A stretch of DNA of 63,373 bases, the filler included, from Lenisia limosa (taxonomy: Eukaryota > Protista > Breviatea), in the NCBI GenBank assembly GCA_001655205.1. It is 11 parts of 11 records of this genome, joined end to end, with 100 filler letters (N's around TTAATTAATTAA, not from the genome) between each part and the next. Parts side by side here need not be neighbours in the genome. Positions count along the whole stretch, not along the records: positions 49,301 to 54,250 come from LPNZ01011603.1; positions 54,351 to 58,684 come from LPNZ01011608.1; positions 58,785 to 59,966 come from LPNZ01008570.1; positions 60,067 to 63,373 come from LPNZ01008875.1; 7 more parts are not named here. One strand, given 5' to 3'. Positions 49,340-60,093 of this stretch are shown piece by piece (the first letter of the stretch is position 1; every line of letters starts with the position of its first letter). Below the pieces are notes generated by a model. It did no database searches and was not told the DNA's origin. It was given only the letters and a program-made list of their open reading frames with translations. The position numbers and the translations under genes are program-made.

Positions 49340-52300
49340 AAACATCCTACTCACTTTGGGCTTCTTCTTGGCGGTCTCAGCCCTCTTAACATCGGACTTC
49401 TCCTTCTCCTTATCTTTCTCCACACCCTAAATAGTAAGACCGGAATAAAGCAGGCCGCTAAACCAGAATGTTCTTCGGAGTATAAGAATTTTTCCATGAA
49501 ATAAAAATAATAAAAGGATGTTTATCTGGCCGGAGCCGTCTACATCATCAAGCCGATAAGAGATATTGAATTATAGTATAACATTAATTCACCCAATCAT
49601 CAACAATAATAAAAAACGTAATATGAGATCTGAATAGAAATAAATATGATGAAGACATCCCCCCTCAGCCCAGCTCCCCTAACCTTCTCTTTCTTCCCTT
49701 TGCTGCCACGAGCAGGCCGTCCAATGTTGTGTTTGAAGAGGTAAATGCTCAGGTCATTGAGTGCTGTCTAAAACGGGTCAAATTAGTGCACAAAAAAGGC
49801 AGTTTTGATCGCATAGTACATAATATGAAAAGTAAAGGAAGACTCAGGCCGTTTAGAGGTTTCTCAAAAGAGAGAAATACACGTTATTTTGGTGAGATTT
49901 ATTCAAAACAATACTAAAAGTTGTATGTTGTAGAAATATAATACACTCCAAGATGATACATCATGTAGCATGTCGGGCTTCCCTTCAGTCGGAAAAACAA
50001 CGGTAAAATATCGATAGTTGTCCAGAAGTTATCCAGAAATTCAATCTTCTTTAGGACCAAAGGGATGTCTTGCATAATGATACAATAATCATTATAAATA
50101 TCAGATATCAGATGTGTATTATAAGACGCCTGCACCATCACGCTTATAAGAGCCCCAACGAAAAATTCACTTCGGTTCGAAAAAAGACGCAATTTCTCTT
50201 AAAAACTATCGATATTTTCCCGGTATTTTTCGATTCCTAACCCACATGCATTGCCCGAACCTCCACCAAGGACGGTTTTAAGCTATCTGCTTCCTCCAGC
50301 GCGACTATCTTTGACAGACTGTCCTTCAGCGCACTGGCTCGTTTCTAGAATATTAGGGTGAACGTCACACACATGTTTTTTTATTATATACTATTATAAT
50401 ATTTACAATGAATTTAAATGTATACTATTATCATAATAGTTACCATGTGATATACATGTACATAATTATATAATTTTTATTTATACTATTCATATGTCAT
50501 AATAATTACCTCCACACCTGAGCAGCATCGTCGTTGCCGAGGGCCTCATAACAGGTACAGGTAAGCAAACAAACGGTCACCCGCCAAGCCATATAAGATG
50601 CCTGGAAATTATGATGTGTAATGCTGGCTAAAGAAAAAGTTATGTTATACAATGATACCCCCCCACCTGTAACAACTCAACAGTACTCTCAATAGCAAGT
50701 TCAGCAAAGAGCAGGAACTCTAGACAGGCCTCAGAACGGCCCGATTTCATGAGAGGGACGCAGAGCTCGTGGATGAGGAGAGTGCCTACGTGGGGTTATT
50801 TGGTTTGTTTTTCATTGTTTTTCATTGTTTATTATTATTTGTTTAATTTACAAGATGTTTTATTAAAAGTATATCGATCACTATATAATAGCAATGAGGA
50901 GTAAAAAAATAAGGTTGTATCNNNNNNNNNNNNNNNNNNNNNNNNNNNNNNNNNNNNNNNNNNNNNNNNNNNNNNNNNNNNNNNNNNNNNNNNNNNNNNN
51001 NNNNNNNNNNNNNNNNNNNNNNNNNNNCTCTGCTCTCCTTCCGCTTTCCTTATGTTTGTTATATTCAATTAAAAGTGCAGTTAGAATAAATATTTAGGGG
51101 AGTTAGACTAGAGTCAGCCCTCAAAAGGCTTTTTTCCCTGGTAACACTTCTAGTTAAGCTTTTGGAGATTAAAAAGGAAATTCGCATGAAATAAAACTAA
51201 TTATATGATGGATGAAACGCCCAGTAAGCCACCATTAAAATTTCACCCCTCCCCCAGGAACAAAATGTACCATATCAATTATTTGTAGTATTATAATCCC
51301 CCCAGGCACCCACCATTATACACCAGATGATAGGCGTTTTCGATACCGAACGCGCATGAAATTCCGGCCCGGATGAGGGATAATTGCACCTTCAGTCCTG
51401 CGAAACTGTCAGACATTGCTATTTTATGAAATAAAAAAGTAGTGGGGTGAAAGAAATAATAGTATTGTAAAGCGCTATTTATGCAACATATTACAAGAGG
51501 GGTGTAGAAATCACGCCAAAATCGACATTGATGATAATCAGGAATTTGAGTCTATTTTGTCCAAGTAGTTTGCGATAGCTAGAGAGCCATCGAACGTGCC
51601 AATATTGCCCAGTCGGAAAACATCTTCCCCCACCATCTACACATTCCAGATCATAGATCGCGGGATCTGTTTTGAGCCAGCCGCGGCCGCGAGAGAGGGC
51701 CAGTCCAAATATGGCTTCAATNNNNNNNNNNNNNNNNNNNNNNNNNNNNNNNNNNNNNNNNNNNNNNNNNNNNNNNNNNNNNNNNNNNNNNNNNNNNNNN
51801 NNNNNNNNNNNNNNNNNNNNNNNNNNNNNNNNNNNNNNNNNNNNNNNNNNNNNNNNTTAAGCTTGTCTAAAAATGGCCTTATTGGGTCAGTAACCTACTA
51901 GCATATGCGGCTCTACAGCGCCTTGTCTCAATCCCTCCGCAATTCCGTTCTCCATCTAAAAATTATCAGATATATGATATGATATGCATCTCGGAGTTAT
52001 TTTTTTCCTTTACAATCTTAAAACAATTGTAAGGAATGTGAGTCTTTCTATTTACAATTATCAGAAATAATACTAGGTAGGGGGGGGGGGGGTANNNNNN
52101 NNNNNNNNNNNNNNNNNNNNNNNNNNNNNNNNNNNNNNNNNNNNNNNNNNNNNNNNNNNNNNNNNNNNNNNNNNNNNNNNNNNNNNNNNNNNNNNNNNNN
52201 NNNNNNNNNNNNNNNNNNNNNNNNNNNNNNNNNNNNNNAAACAAGTATCCATCTCTGGTATTAATATTATTATTAGTACATAGGGCACCAACCCCAAAAG

Positions 52301-53800
52301 GCTCAGTTATTTATTAATAACAATATTTCATATCAACAAATACCAAGGGTTACCAACCCCTAAAGGCTCAGTTGTTGTTTACTAATAGTGATAAAAAAGT
52401 GCTTGAGTTCCAACCTCAGAAGTCACGGTTGAATTCAGGTCCCTGCAGCCGCACATCGTCAAGTAGGACAGGAAAAACGTGTCACTTGCTAATTCGAAAA
52501 CCTGAGGGGACGGTTAAAATTGGAGAATTCAGTAGGGGGGGGGGTAGTACTTGTACAATTACGTAACTTTTTGGATGTTAGAGATATTAAATAAAACAAT
52601 TTCGGATATCATTTTGTCAAAATGCGATAATGATTCTATTCCTTTCAACCCCAGCATGCCTAGAAAGGCCTCAATAACACAATTAGGGCTTCGTGAAATT
52701 AAAATTGGAAGAAATCAATTGACAAAATTTGAAATTAAAGCGTCTGAAATGAATATTCAAATTTTGTTAATTAATTGTTCAATAAATTGCACAGAGTCAA
52801 TATGATATGCATATGCATATGAATACATGATATGATAGATACATGTTGCTACATATATTCTGATAGTATATCACAACATACCCCTGAGATGAGACCGGCG
52901 TTTCCGAACTTGAAGAGAGCAGGAAGCATCAGAGCGCTTGAAACCTTTGAAACATGCCCCTCACAGAGCTCTAGTGGTGGGAACAGTGAGAGGGGGGAAT
53001 TGAAAAATTTATGCAATAAAAAAGTAAGGATATCACAATCCTAGCTGAGGAGAAAGAAAAAGACAGCCTCAAACTTTGTGCTGCGAGAAGAATACTTTCT
53101 GAGGGGGACTTCTGAGCTCTCATGGAGTCTAAAAACCGTTATGAATATATCAGCAACAGCAGCAGTAGAGGCAGAGGAACAGCAACAGAAGAAGAAGAAG
53201 AAAAAGAAGAAAAAGAAAGAACACAAAAAAACAAGAGGAAGAAGAACAGCAATAGAGGAAAAAGAAGAAGAAGAAGAAGAAGAAGAAGAGCAACACCACC
53301 ATCACCACTCGCCCCCCACCTGAGGTGTGTCTGGTCATGGCACTCCTTGCCGTGGTGGTGGGTCGTGAAAACGCTGTGCGAGGCCGCCCGAAGGTCACTG
53401 TATGGATTAAAATATAAAATAAATAAAACCCGGAGTAGAGGCGGAGGCCCTCCAAACAATACCAAACAAACCCATTTTTGACGATAAAGAATGTAGGGTT
53501 GGCTGTAAGCCGCGGGTAGCATGGGTGTGAGCCGAAATGGGCCTTCCGGACTTCTTACGACCTAAGGTGATCAATAGGGCGGAAGAAGATGGAATAAGGC
53601 TTTCCATCGCAAAATGATTGTTTTCAAGGCAACACAACACAAACATGAGCTGAGTTCGCTTAGAAGACGAGTAGTTTCCGCTTCGAAGTTGCTCGCAACG
53701 AGGGTGTCGTCCTAAAGCCGATCATTTCACCTGCTAAGAGGCTACAAACCTCCACAACGGGAGCCTGTGTCCTTCTGCGGGACATCCTGGAATTAGGGGA
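49340..53800 (-). CDS. Unknown large helical multi-exon protein (fragment)
   Basis: More than 12 consistently oriented GT-AG exons, e.g. ELCEGHVSKVSSALMLPALFKFG, GTLLIHELCVPLMKSGRSEACLEFLLFAELAIE, KRASALKDSLSKIVALEEAD and GVEKDKEKEKSDVKRAETAKKKPK. Confidence 0.55.
53150..53290. repeat. Purine-rich (GAA/CAG) low-complexity tract in an intron
   Basis: Runs of GAAGAAGAA and AGCAGCAG; generate spurious poly-E/K/L ORFs. Confidence 0.85.
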
Positions 53801-54053
53801 GGGTCAAATGTCGACCCTCGCGATTCTGTGGTCCTATCACCGAGCTTAAGTTCTTAATGTAATCCAAATTTATCAAATATGAGCCATTATCATTCCTATT
53901 ATTTCCTTTTTTTTTTCGTTTTCATTGTTAATCAAAACTAATCAATATAAATGCCTTTTCTGTTCTCTTGCTCTCGACGCAAGTGATAAAGGCATTATTT
54001 AAGAGAATATAACGAAATAAGGACGCTAAAGCCGGAAAATCAGTTACACCATA

Positions 54054-56270
54054 ATGACAATTTTGAACTTGCTTCTGATGATCATTTCGCTGACTTTGCT
54101 CCAATTAGGTGGAGCTTTGAACCTGTATGATTGGGAAATGGATAGTTTTAATGCGTATGATGGGGAAGCCCTAGTTGTCAGTAATGAATTGATTGATCCA
54201 GGGTATTTTTATTTAATACCCCCCCACCATCCTACAGGTAAATCCAATGANNNNNNNNNNNNNNNNNNNNNNNNNNNNNNNNNNNNNNNNNNNNTTAATT
54301 AATTAANNNNNNNNNNNNNNNNNNNNNNNNNNNNNNNNNNNNNNNNNNNNTTCGTTTTACTCCCCCCCCCCCCACCAGCATCCGATTTACCTTGCCACAC
54401 CGAACAGAGAGGTGGCTTTTCAGCTCCCTATTCGGGGCTTGTGAAAGTAAAAACACAGATTGCCATGTCTAACGTGGGTTAGTTTTATGACGAATTGTTG
54501 AATAGTGTGTTTTTTTCATTAACTTTGACACTTGTGGGTAAAGTTTCACTTTCGGTTCCACAAAAGATTGGAACCGAAATTGAAGCTCTACATGTGGAAA
54601 TCTACTTAGTTACATTATCATCTTTTAGATTGAAAATGGAGTTAGTTCGTTTAACACCTCCAAAATTATCGCTCCTCTTATTTTCATTGGACAGGAGGTA
54701 AGTAGGTAACTAGCAGTTAGGGCTCCGTGCAATTCATTCCTTGAGGAAATATATTGACAAAATATTAAATTTTAAGTTCCTGAAATGGAGTTCCCGTTTC
54801 AATATGTCTCACTTCAAATTTTGAAATTATTTTTTCAATTAAATCCACGGAGACCTACTAGAAATGAACCCTGTGGAGGGGCACTATAGGATGATATAAG
54901 AGAAGTAAATATTGGTGCATATGACCATATGACCTACTTTCTGATTAACAAAGACAACACAAGGGTTCATCCTTGGTTTATCAGAGGATCATTGTGACTT
55001 GTTGGTCATTTATCATACATATCACTAGCCCAAAAAGTTTTGTTGAGGAGGATGGTGATTTTATTTTAACCACAAAGGGATTCCTGCCCTGCCTTGACAC
55101 AAGACTCGAAGGTTTTTTGAGCTACATGCAGATCAGAGATCAAAACAACCCTTGGAATGTTGGATGGGTGATATAATATCCTTCTGCTCAAATCAACAAT
55201 AATTCCTCTTTTTTTCTACATATGAAGCTATTTGGGATATCATACTGTTGTTTTTGTGAGGTTTTTTGTTTTTGATTCTTTTTTAGGATGCACGAAGTAG
55301 AAAGGTCTTATCCGTCCAAGGTTGCCTCAAGCCGGCGCCTTACATCCTGATATATGTTGGTTGATTTATCCATTATTGTTTACTTTTGTTAACTTGTTAC
55401 ATTGTTTTTATGTTAGTTCATTGCTTCAGCCAAGACAGCATATTTGATGCAGTATTTCAACCAAGACATATTTTCAGCGATGAATAATTTTGTATTCTAT
55501 CCCACAGTTACTTTTCTCATTTTAAACCGCATTTTTTTATTATGTCCGTATTTGATAGCAATTCTAATAAGCGTGATGGTGTGGATAGTTTCGGTCAGAT
55601 ACCACCGTGTTTTATTACACTGACCGCGATAAGTCCTGTCACGGATATTGAACTATATATTTAGTCAATCGTGTCAAGACTTATCTCGTCACTGTACAGA
55701 ATTAAGCAGATCCGTNNNNNNNNNNCGATGTAGGAGCTGCCATTCTTGAGGCTGGATGCTTCGAAAGTCGTTGAGGGTTGGTGGGAATACCCAAGGCTTG
55801 AGGCGTGAAAATGTGATTATTCAAGCAAAGCAGAAAATTAATTTTCCGTAGTGTGAAAGTAATGTGTTTTACTAGGGTACTTTTGAGTGGACTTGTTTGA
55901 GTGGGACTTTGAATGGATTTCCTGTTGCTAATTTCCCAGGTAAGTTGAATGTGACCACCGACATCACCATGACATTATTACCGGAATTCATGCACGTAAG
56001 AGGGGGTCAAGACTTCTCCTTTGACTTCTCGTTTCTATCACTTCCATCACATTTAAAGAAAAATCAATTTTGTAGCAGTTCAATTCAGTTCAGTTCTTTG
56101 ACACTGTTTTGTCATTTCCAACTTCATTCCAGCAATACTGATGGATACATAGGTGGTGAACACTACCGATCTTATTGCCGGGGATAAGACATTGTTTCCA
56201 TCGTGCCCTGGCCCTGACCTTCCCGAAAAAGCGATATTCTTCTCATGTAGGCTTCCTACGACCTGCTAAA
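54054..56270 (+). CDS. Putative secreted protein (first exon lies before the 54251 spacer, so the join is uncertain)
   Basis: Signal peptide MTILNLLLMIISLTLLQLGGA. Exons IENGVSSFNTSKIIAPLIFIGQE, PKSFVEEDGDFILTTKG...NNPWNVGW, DARSRKVLSVQGCLKP and FIASAKTAYLMQYF. Confidence 0.5.
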
Positions 56271-56344
56271 TCGAAAACAGCTGTAGTGAGAAATGTATGA
56301 TACTATGATTTATATTATAGCTAGATATTATATAATATTATATA

Positions 56345-58684
56345 CTAGGTGGGGGTGGAAAACCCCGACAGGGGGGGAAACCTCGACAGCTCTCAAGAAA
56401 ATGAANNNNNNNNNNTAAAGTGATTTTTTTGAATACTGGTTCAATTGTGAATAGAACTGAAGAGTAGATCATGATTTCGCTCCATACCGTGAGACAGCTC
56501 TCAAGAAAATGAATGATGATATTTTCTGTTAAAAAGGATTTGTTTCTTTTCTACAATGGCGTCAGACAAGTTTTTTTTCATAAAAAATACATCAAAACAA
56601 AGCAATAATAAGACTGAAAAATGACTTAAGTCCAACATTTATCGTACTAGTAATTTTTTTTATTCTGTCGGAAATTGCCAAATGTGGTGCTAACATGGTT
56701 CTAAATATCGTATAATTGCGTTAAAAGAAGAAAAATAATGGGCAAATATGNNNNNNNNNNATACGTCAAAACAAAGCAATAATAAGACTTAAAAATGACT
56801 TAAGTCCAACATTTATCGTACTCGTAATTGTTTTTTATTCTGTCGGAAATTGCCAAATGTGATGTTAATATGGTTCTAAATATCGTATAATTGCGTTAAA
56901 AGAAGAAAAATAATGGGCAAATATGAGGAAATGGGCCAAACAGGGGACTTATTTTTAAAAAAAAGTTTGGTGATCAGATCTCAAAATTTTTGTGATCAGC
57001 GATCTTTGACCACCTTTTTTTTTGTTTTTTTTTACCAAGCAAAACACCTTCTAGTTAATCAAAATATAGTATTTAGTTTCATTAATGTCAATTATTCGGC
57101 GCTTTGACGATTTGAAGGACCAGGTGAGGGTTTTGTCTTTGGGCCCTTGTTAGAACTCCTCCTATAGTGCGCCTCCATCTGTCTTTATCCAGTTTTTGAT
57201 ANNNNNNNNNNCAAGAGTTTCAATTCGGTAAAATTGCCCAATCTTGCTTATCTTGATGTCATCTTTATGAACCTGAATTTTACCAATCATTGAAATCTTT
57301 CTCATTTTCAAGGTACAAAATGACTTGGCCACTGAGGCTTGCAGTCAGAAGCTGTCCTGACTTTGGGTCACTTGCCATTGAGGAAACAATCTTGTCTTTG
57401 TACTCACTTGCGGAGGACAAAGGTGTCCTAGAATACCGTTCCGAGTCCACCGCTGCATATCTCCTCAACGTAAGGAGGCAAATTGTTGTATTCACTGATG
57501 ATAAAAGTCTTTTTTTGTGTGATTTTTTATTAATTGATTAGGTGAAACGCAAGCAGGTCTCAAAATATAAAAATGGGGCTATCAAGCGAAGACCTGAACG
57601 CACAACATATCTCCATCCAGATTTCTCTGACCATTTTCTACTTGTTTTGGAACGTATTGTCCGTGGGGAGAACCCAAACACCACGGAGTTGAGAGAGATG
57701 GTAGGTGGGTGGTCAGAATATCGTATCCATTTTGTTGGTCTCTTTTTATTGTGGATATTTCTCTTCTCTTATTCTCTATCAGGCCTTCACTACTGCCAAG
57801 GAATTCGGCACTACTACCCCTGAGAATCCTCCAAGCAAAGACTGGGCCAAGGATTGGCTCAAGAAGAATGCTGATATCTTGAAACTTGTGGTTAGTTGGT
57901 GATGATCTGATCAAAAATAAATAACATTCCATTATTTCATATATTTTTTGTATTATAGTGTACTACTTAAGATGGTTATTGATGTTCATTGACAGTAAAC
58001 TGAGTGGTATACTACCACTACTATCAATCATACCCACTCAATTATTGCATCCCTAATGCTTATCGTCACTTGCTCTTACTCTCACAGACACCCANNNNNN
58101 NNNNNNNNNNNNNNNNNNNNNNNNNNNNNNNNNNNNNNNNNNNNNNNNNNNNNNNNNNNNNNNNNNNNNNNNNNNNNNNNNNNNNNNNNNNNNNNNNNNN
58201 NNNNNNNNNNNNNNNNNNNNNNNNNNNNNNNNNNNNNNNNNAAACATGGACGAGTCCATGATGGATGTCTTGGCCAATGTAAAGGCGAAAGTTATCCAGC
58301 TGAAGGATGCGAAGAAGACCTACGGCAAGACCCCACTCCCCCAAGCCACATCACCTTCATTGGAACGATTGCGTTTGTGGGATCAACATTTACTGTATTT
58401 ATACTTGTAAAATAATGGAAGGGTGTGTGATACTAGTGGTGATATTGGATGATGGGAGCAATTATTTGTGATACTTGTGAGGAGGGGGGGTAAATAGTCA
58501 CTTCTGAAAATTGTGAGGGGGGGATACAGCTTGGGGATTTGATGTCTTCGTACCTGCCGTCAAGGCACAGCGTGAAAAGCTTGGGTTTCCCACTGATGCA
58601 CCTGCTTTGCTGATCCCTTGACGGTCACCTGTCAAGATATGCCCCTGCCTTACTTCGCTACTTTCTGTTCCACAATATCTTTGT
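56345..58684 (+). mobile_element. pogo/Fot1-type (DDE_1) DNA transposon with spliceosomal introns; frameshifted and truncated by the spacer
   Basis: psq/CENP-B-like HTH exons (STAAYLLN|VKRKQVSKYKNG...TTELREM|AFTTAKEFG...KDWAKDWLKKN), then NMDES, SHITFIGTIA and ALLILDGHLSR...FHNIFV. Introns ~57468-57541 and ~57701-57782. Candidate left TIR with repeated AAACCYCGACAG at 56359-56389. Confidence 0.8.
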
Positions 58685-58797
58685 NNNNNNNNNNNNNNNN
58701 NNNNNNNNNNNNNNNNNNNNNNNNNNNNTTAATTAATTAANNNNNNNNNNNNNNNNNNNNNNNNNNNNNNNNNNNNNNNNNNNNTTTTGCCTCACAA

Positions 58798-59450
58798 GAG
58801 CCCTCTTCCGACCCATATATGACCCAAATTCCAGCCGCTACTGAGCCTCATAACCCCTACGTGTCGGATATGTGGGGGGGGATCATATAATATCAAGACT
58901 CTATCGTATGCTGGGGAGGCACGCAGAAAGCTGTGTGCACAGAGTTGTTAGGCAAATGATTGGGTGAATTACTAGTATTCTTAATTCAATATCTCTGAGA
59001 AGTGTGATGGTGTGTACGGCTTCGGCCAGATGCAAACTTATTTTTTTATTTCTCATTTCTATACATGCAGTGACCGGGATAAGTCTTGACCGATTTGCTC
59101 AATGAGTTTCCAAGGAAAACAGGTCAAAACTTATCGCGGTCACTGTATTTTACCATTGTACTATTTCCTTTGACCGTTTAGGCCACCGCTCGCAGCAATG
59201 AGCGCCATTTCGAACACTGATTTCGATGAGGTTGGGAGGGGAGTAAGGTAGAGAAGGGGTTTGCGTTTTACTTTCACATATCATATTGCTTTTTGACGCG
59301 CATTCACTCTTTGGGCTTTTTTTGTTTGATTTTGGGCTTTTTTTTTATTTCATAAATTTTCCCGTTTTACCCTGCCCCTAGGTTGACCTCTTCTCCTCCC
59401 CTGCGCCCGCCCCAAAACGGCACACCCCGGATATGGGGCCTCCCTCCGTA
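58798..59450 (+). CDS. Unknown Pro-rich multi-exon protein (fragment)
   Basis: Exons EPSSDPYMTQIPAATEPHNPYVSD, PPLAAMSAISNTDFDE and VDLFSSPAPAPKRHTPDMGPPS with GT-AG borders. Confidence 0.45.
58907..59060 (+). repeat. Family D: ~150-bp non-palindromic structured intronic repeat; ~16 full or partial copies
   Basis: Consensus ...GGCACGCAGAAAGCTGTGTGC...ATGATTGGGTGAATT...TAAGCGTGATGGTGTAGACGGCTTCGGCCAGATACAACCTT. Copies at ~1440, 6110, 9266, 19050, 21545, 21665, 22978, 24865, 32305, 37220, 49515, 50125, 50905, 55565, 59935 and 62755. Confidence 0.85.
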
Positions 59451-60093
59451 AGCGTTTTATTAGGGCTAGGGCTTCACTTCGGTTTGAAAAATACCAGTAA
59501 ATTATCGATAGTTTTCGAGGATTTATCGAAAAATTCAGTCTTTTTTCGAACCGAAGTGAAGCCCTAATTTGGACTCCGTGAATTCATTTTTACATTAATT
59601 TCACTGAGCCTGACTCTTTATTGTTCTTTTTTATGTCCCTCCCTAAGCCTTTTGTTATTACGTATCTCCTTTGTTTTTTTTGTTTTTTTTTCAATTGTAC
59701 TCCTCCTCCCTCCGTGAGCGTTTTCTATCACGACCCCGTGTAATTGTTTTTTTTTTTTTTTNNNNNNNNNNNNNNNNNNNNNNNNNNNNNNNNATTGACA
59801 AAATTTGAAAGTAAAGAGCTGAAATGTCGTTCCCATAACAGTATGTCGCACTTCAAATTTTGAAATTATTTTTTCAATAAATTGCACGGAGCCTTATTTA
59901 TTCTTTGAGTGCATTAATATAAATTCAATATCTCTTATCAGCGTGATGGTGTGGACGGCTTCTCTGNNNNNNNNNNNNNNNNNNNNNNNNNNNNNNNNNN
60001 NNNNNNNNNNTTAATTAATTAANNNNNNNNNNNNNNNNNNNNNNNNNNNNNNNNNNNNNNNNNNNNTATATACATACACTGGGTATGCAAAAT

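Noticed and set aside
53041-53522. Overlapping poly-E/K/L/F ORFs
   Set aside because: This is a low-complexity purine tract in an intron.
56581-56930. ~170-bp direct repeat as an LTR
   Set aside because: The two near-identical copies flank a 10-N gap, as does 56386-56406 versus 56497-56513. This is most likely unmerged contig overlap.
57280-57495. Minus-strand ORF with WD40-like text (SDPKSGQLLTASLSGQV)
   Set aside because: The plus strand has proper splice sites and continues into a pogo HTH domain, so the minus ORF is its antisense shadow.
58907-59060. Family D as a SECIS element, C/D snoRNA or hammerhead ribozyme
   Set aside because: It lacks intact RUGAUGA/CUGA boxes, the CUGAUGA-GAAA core and the SECIS AUGA/GA quartet geometry.
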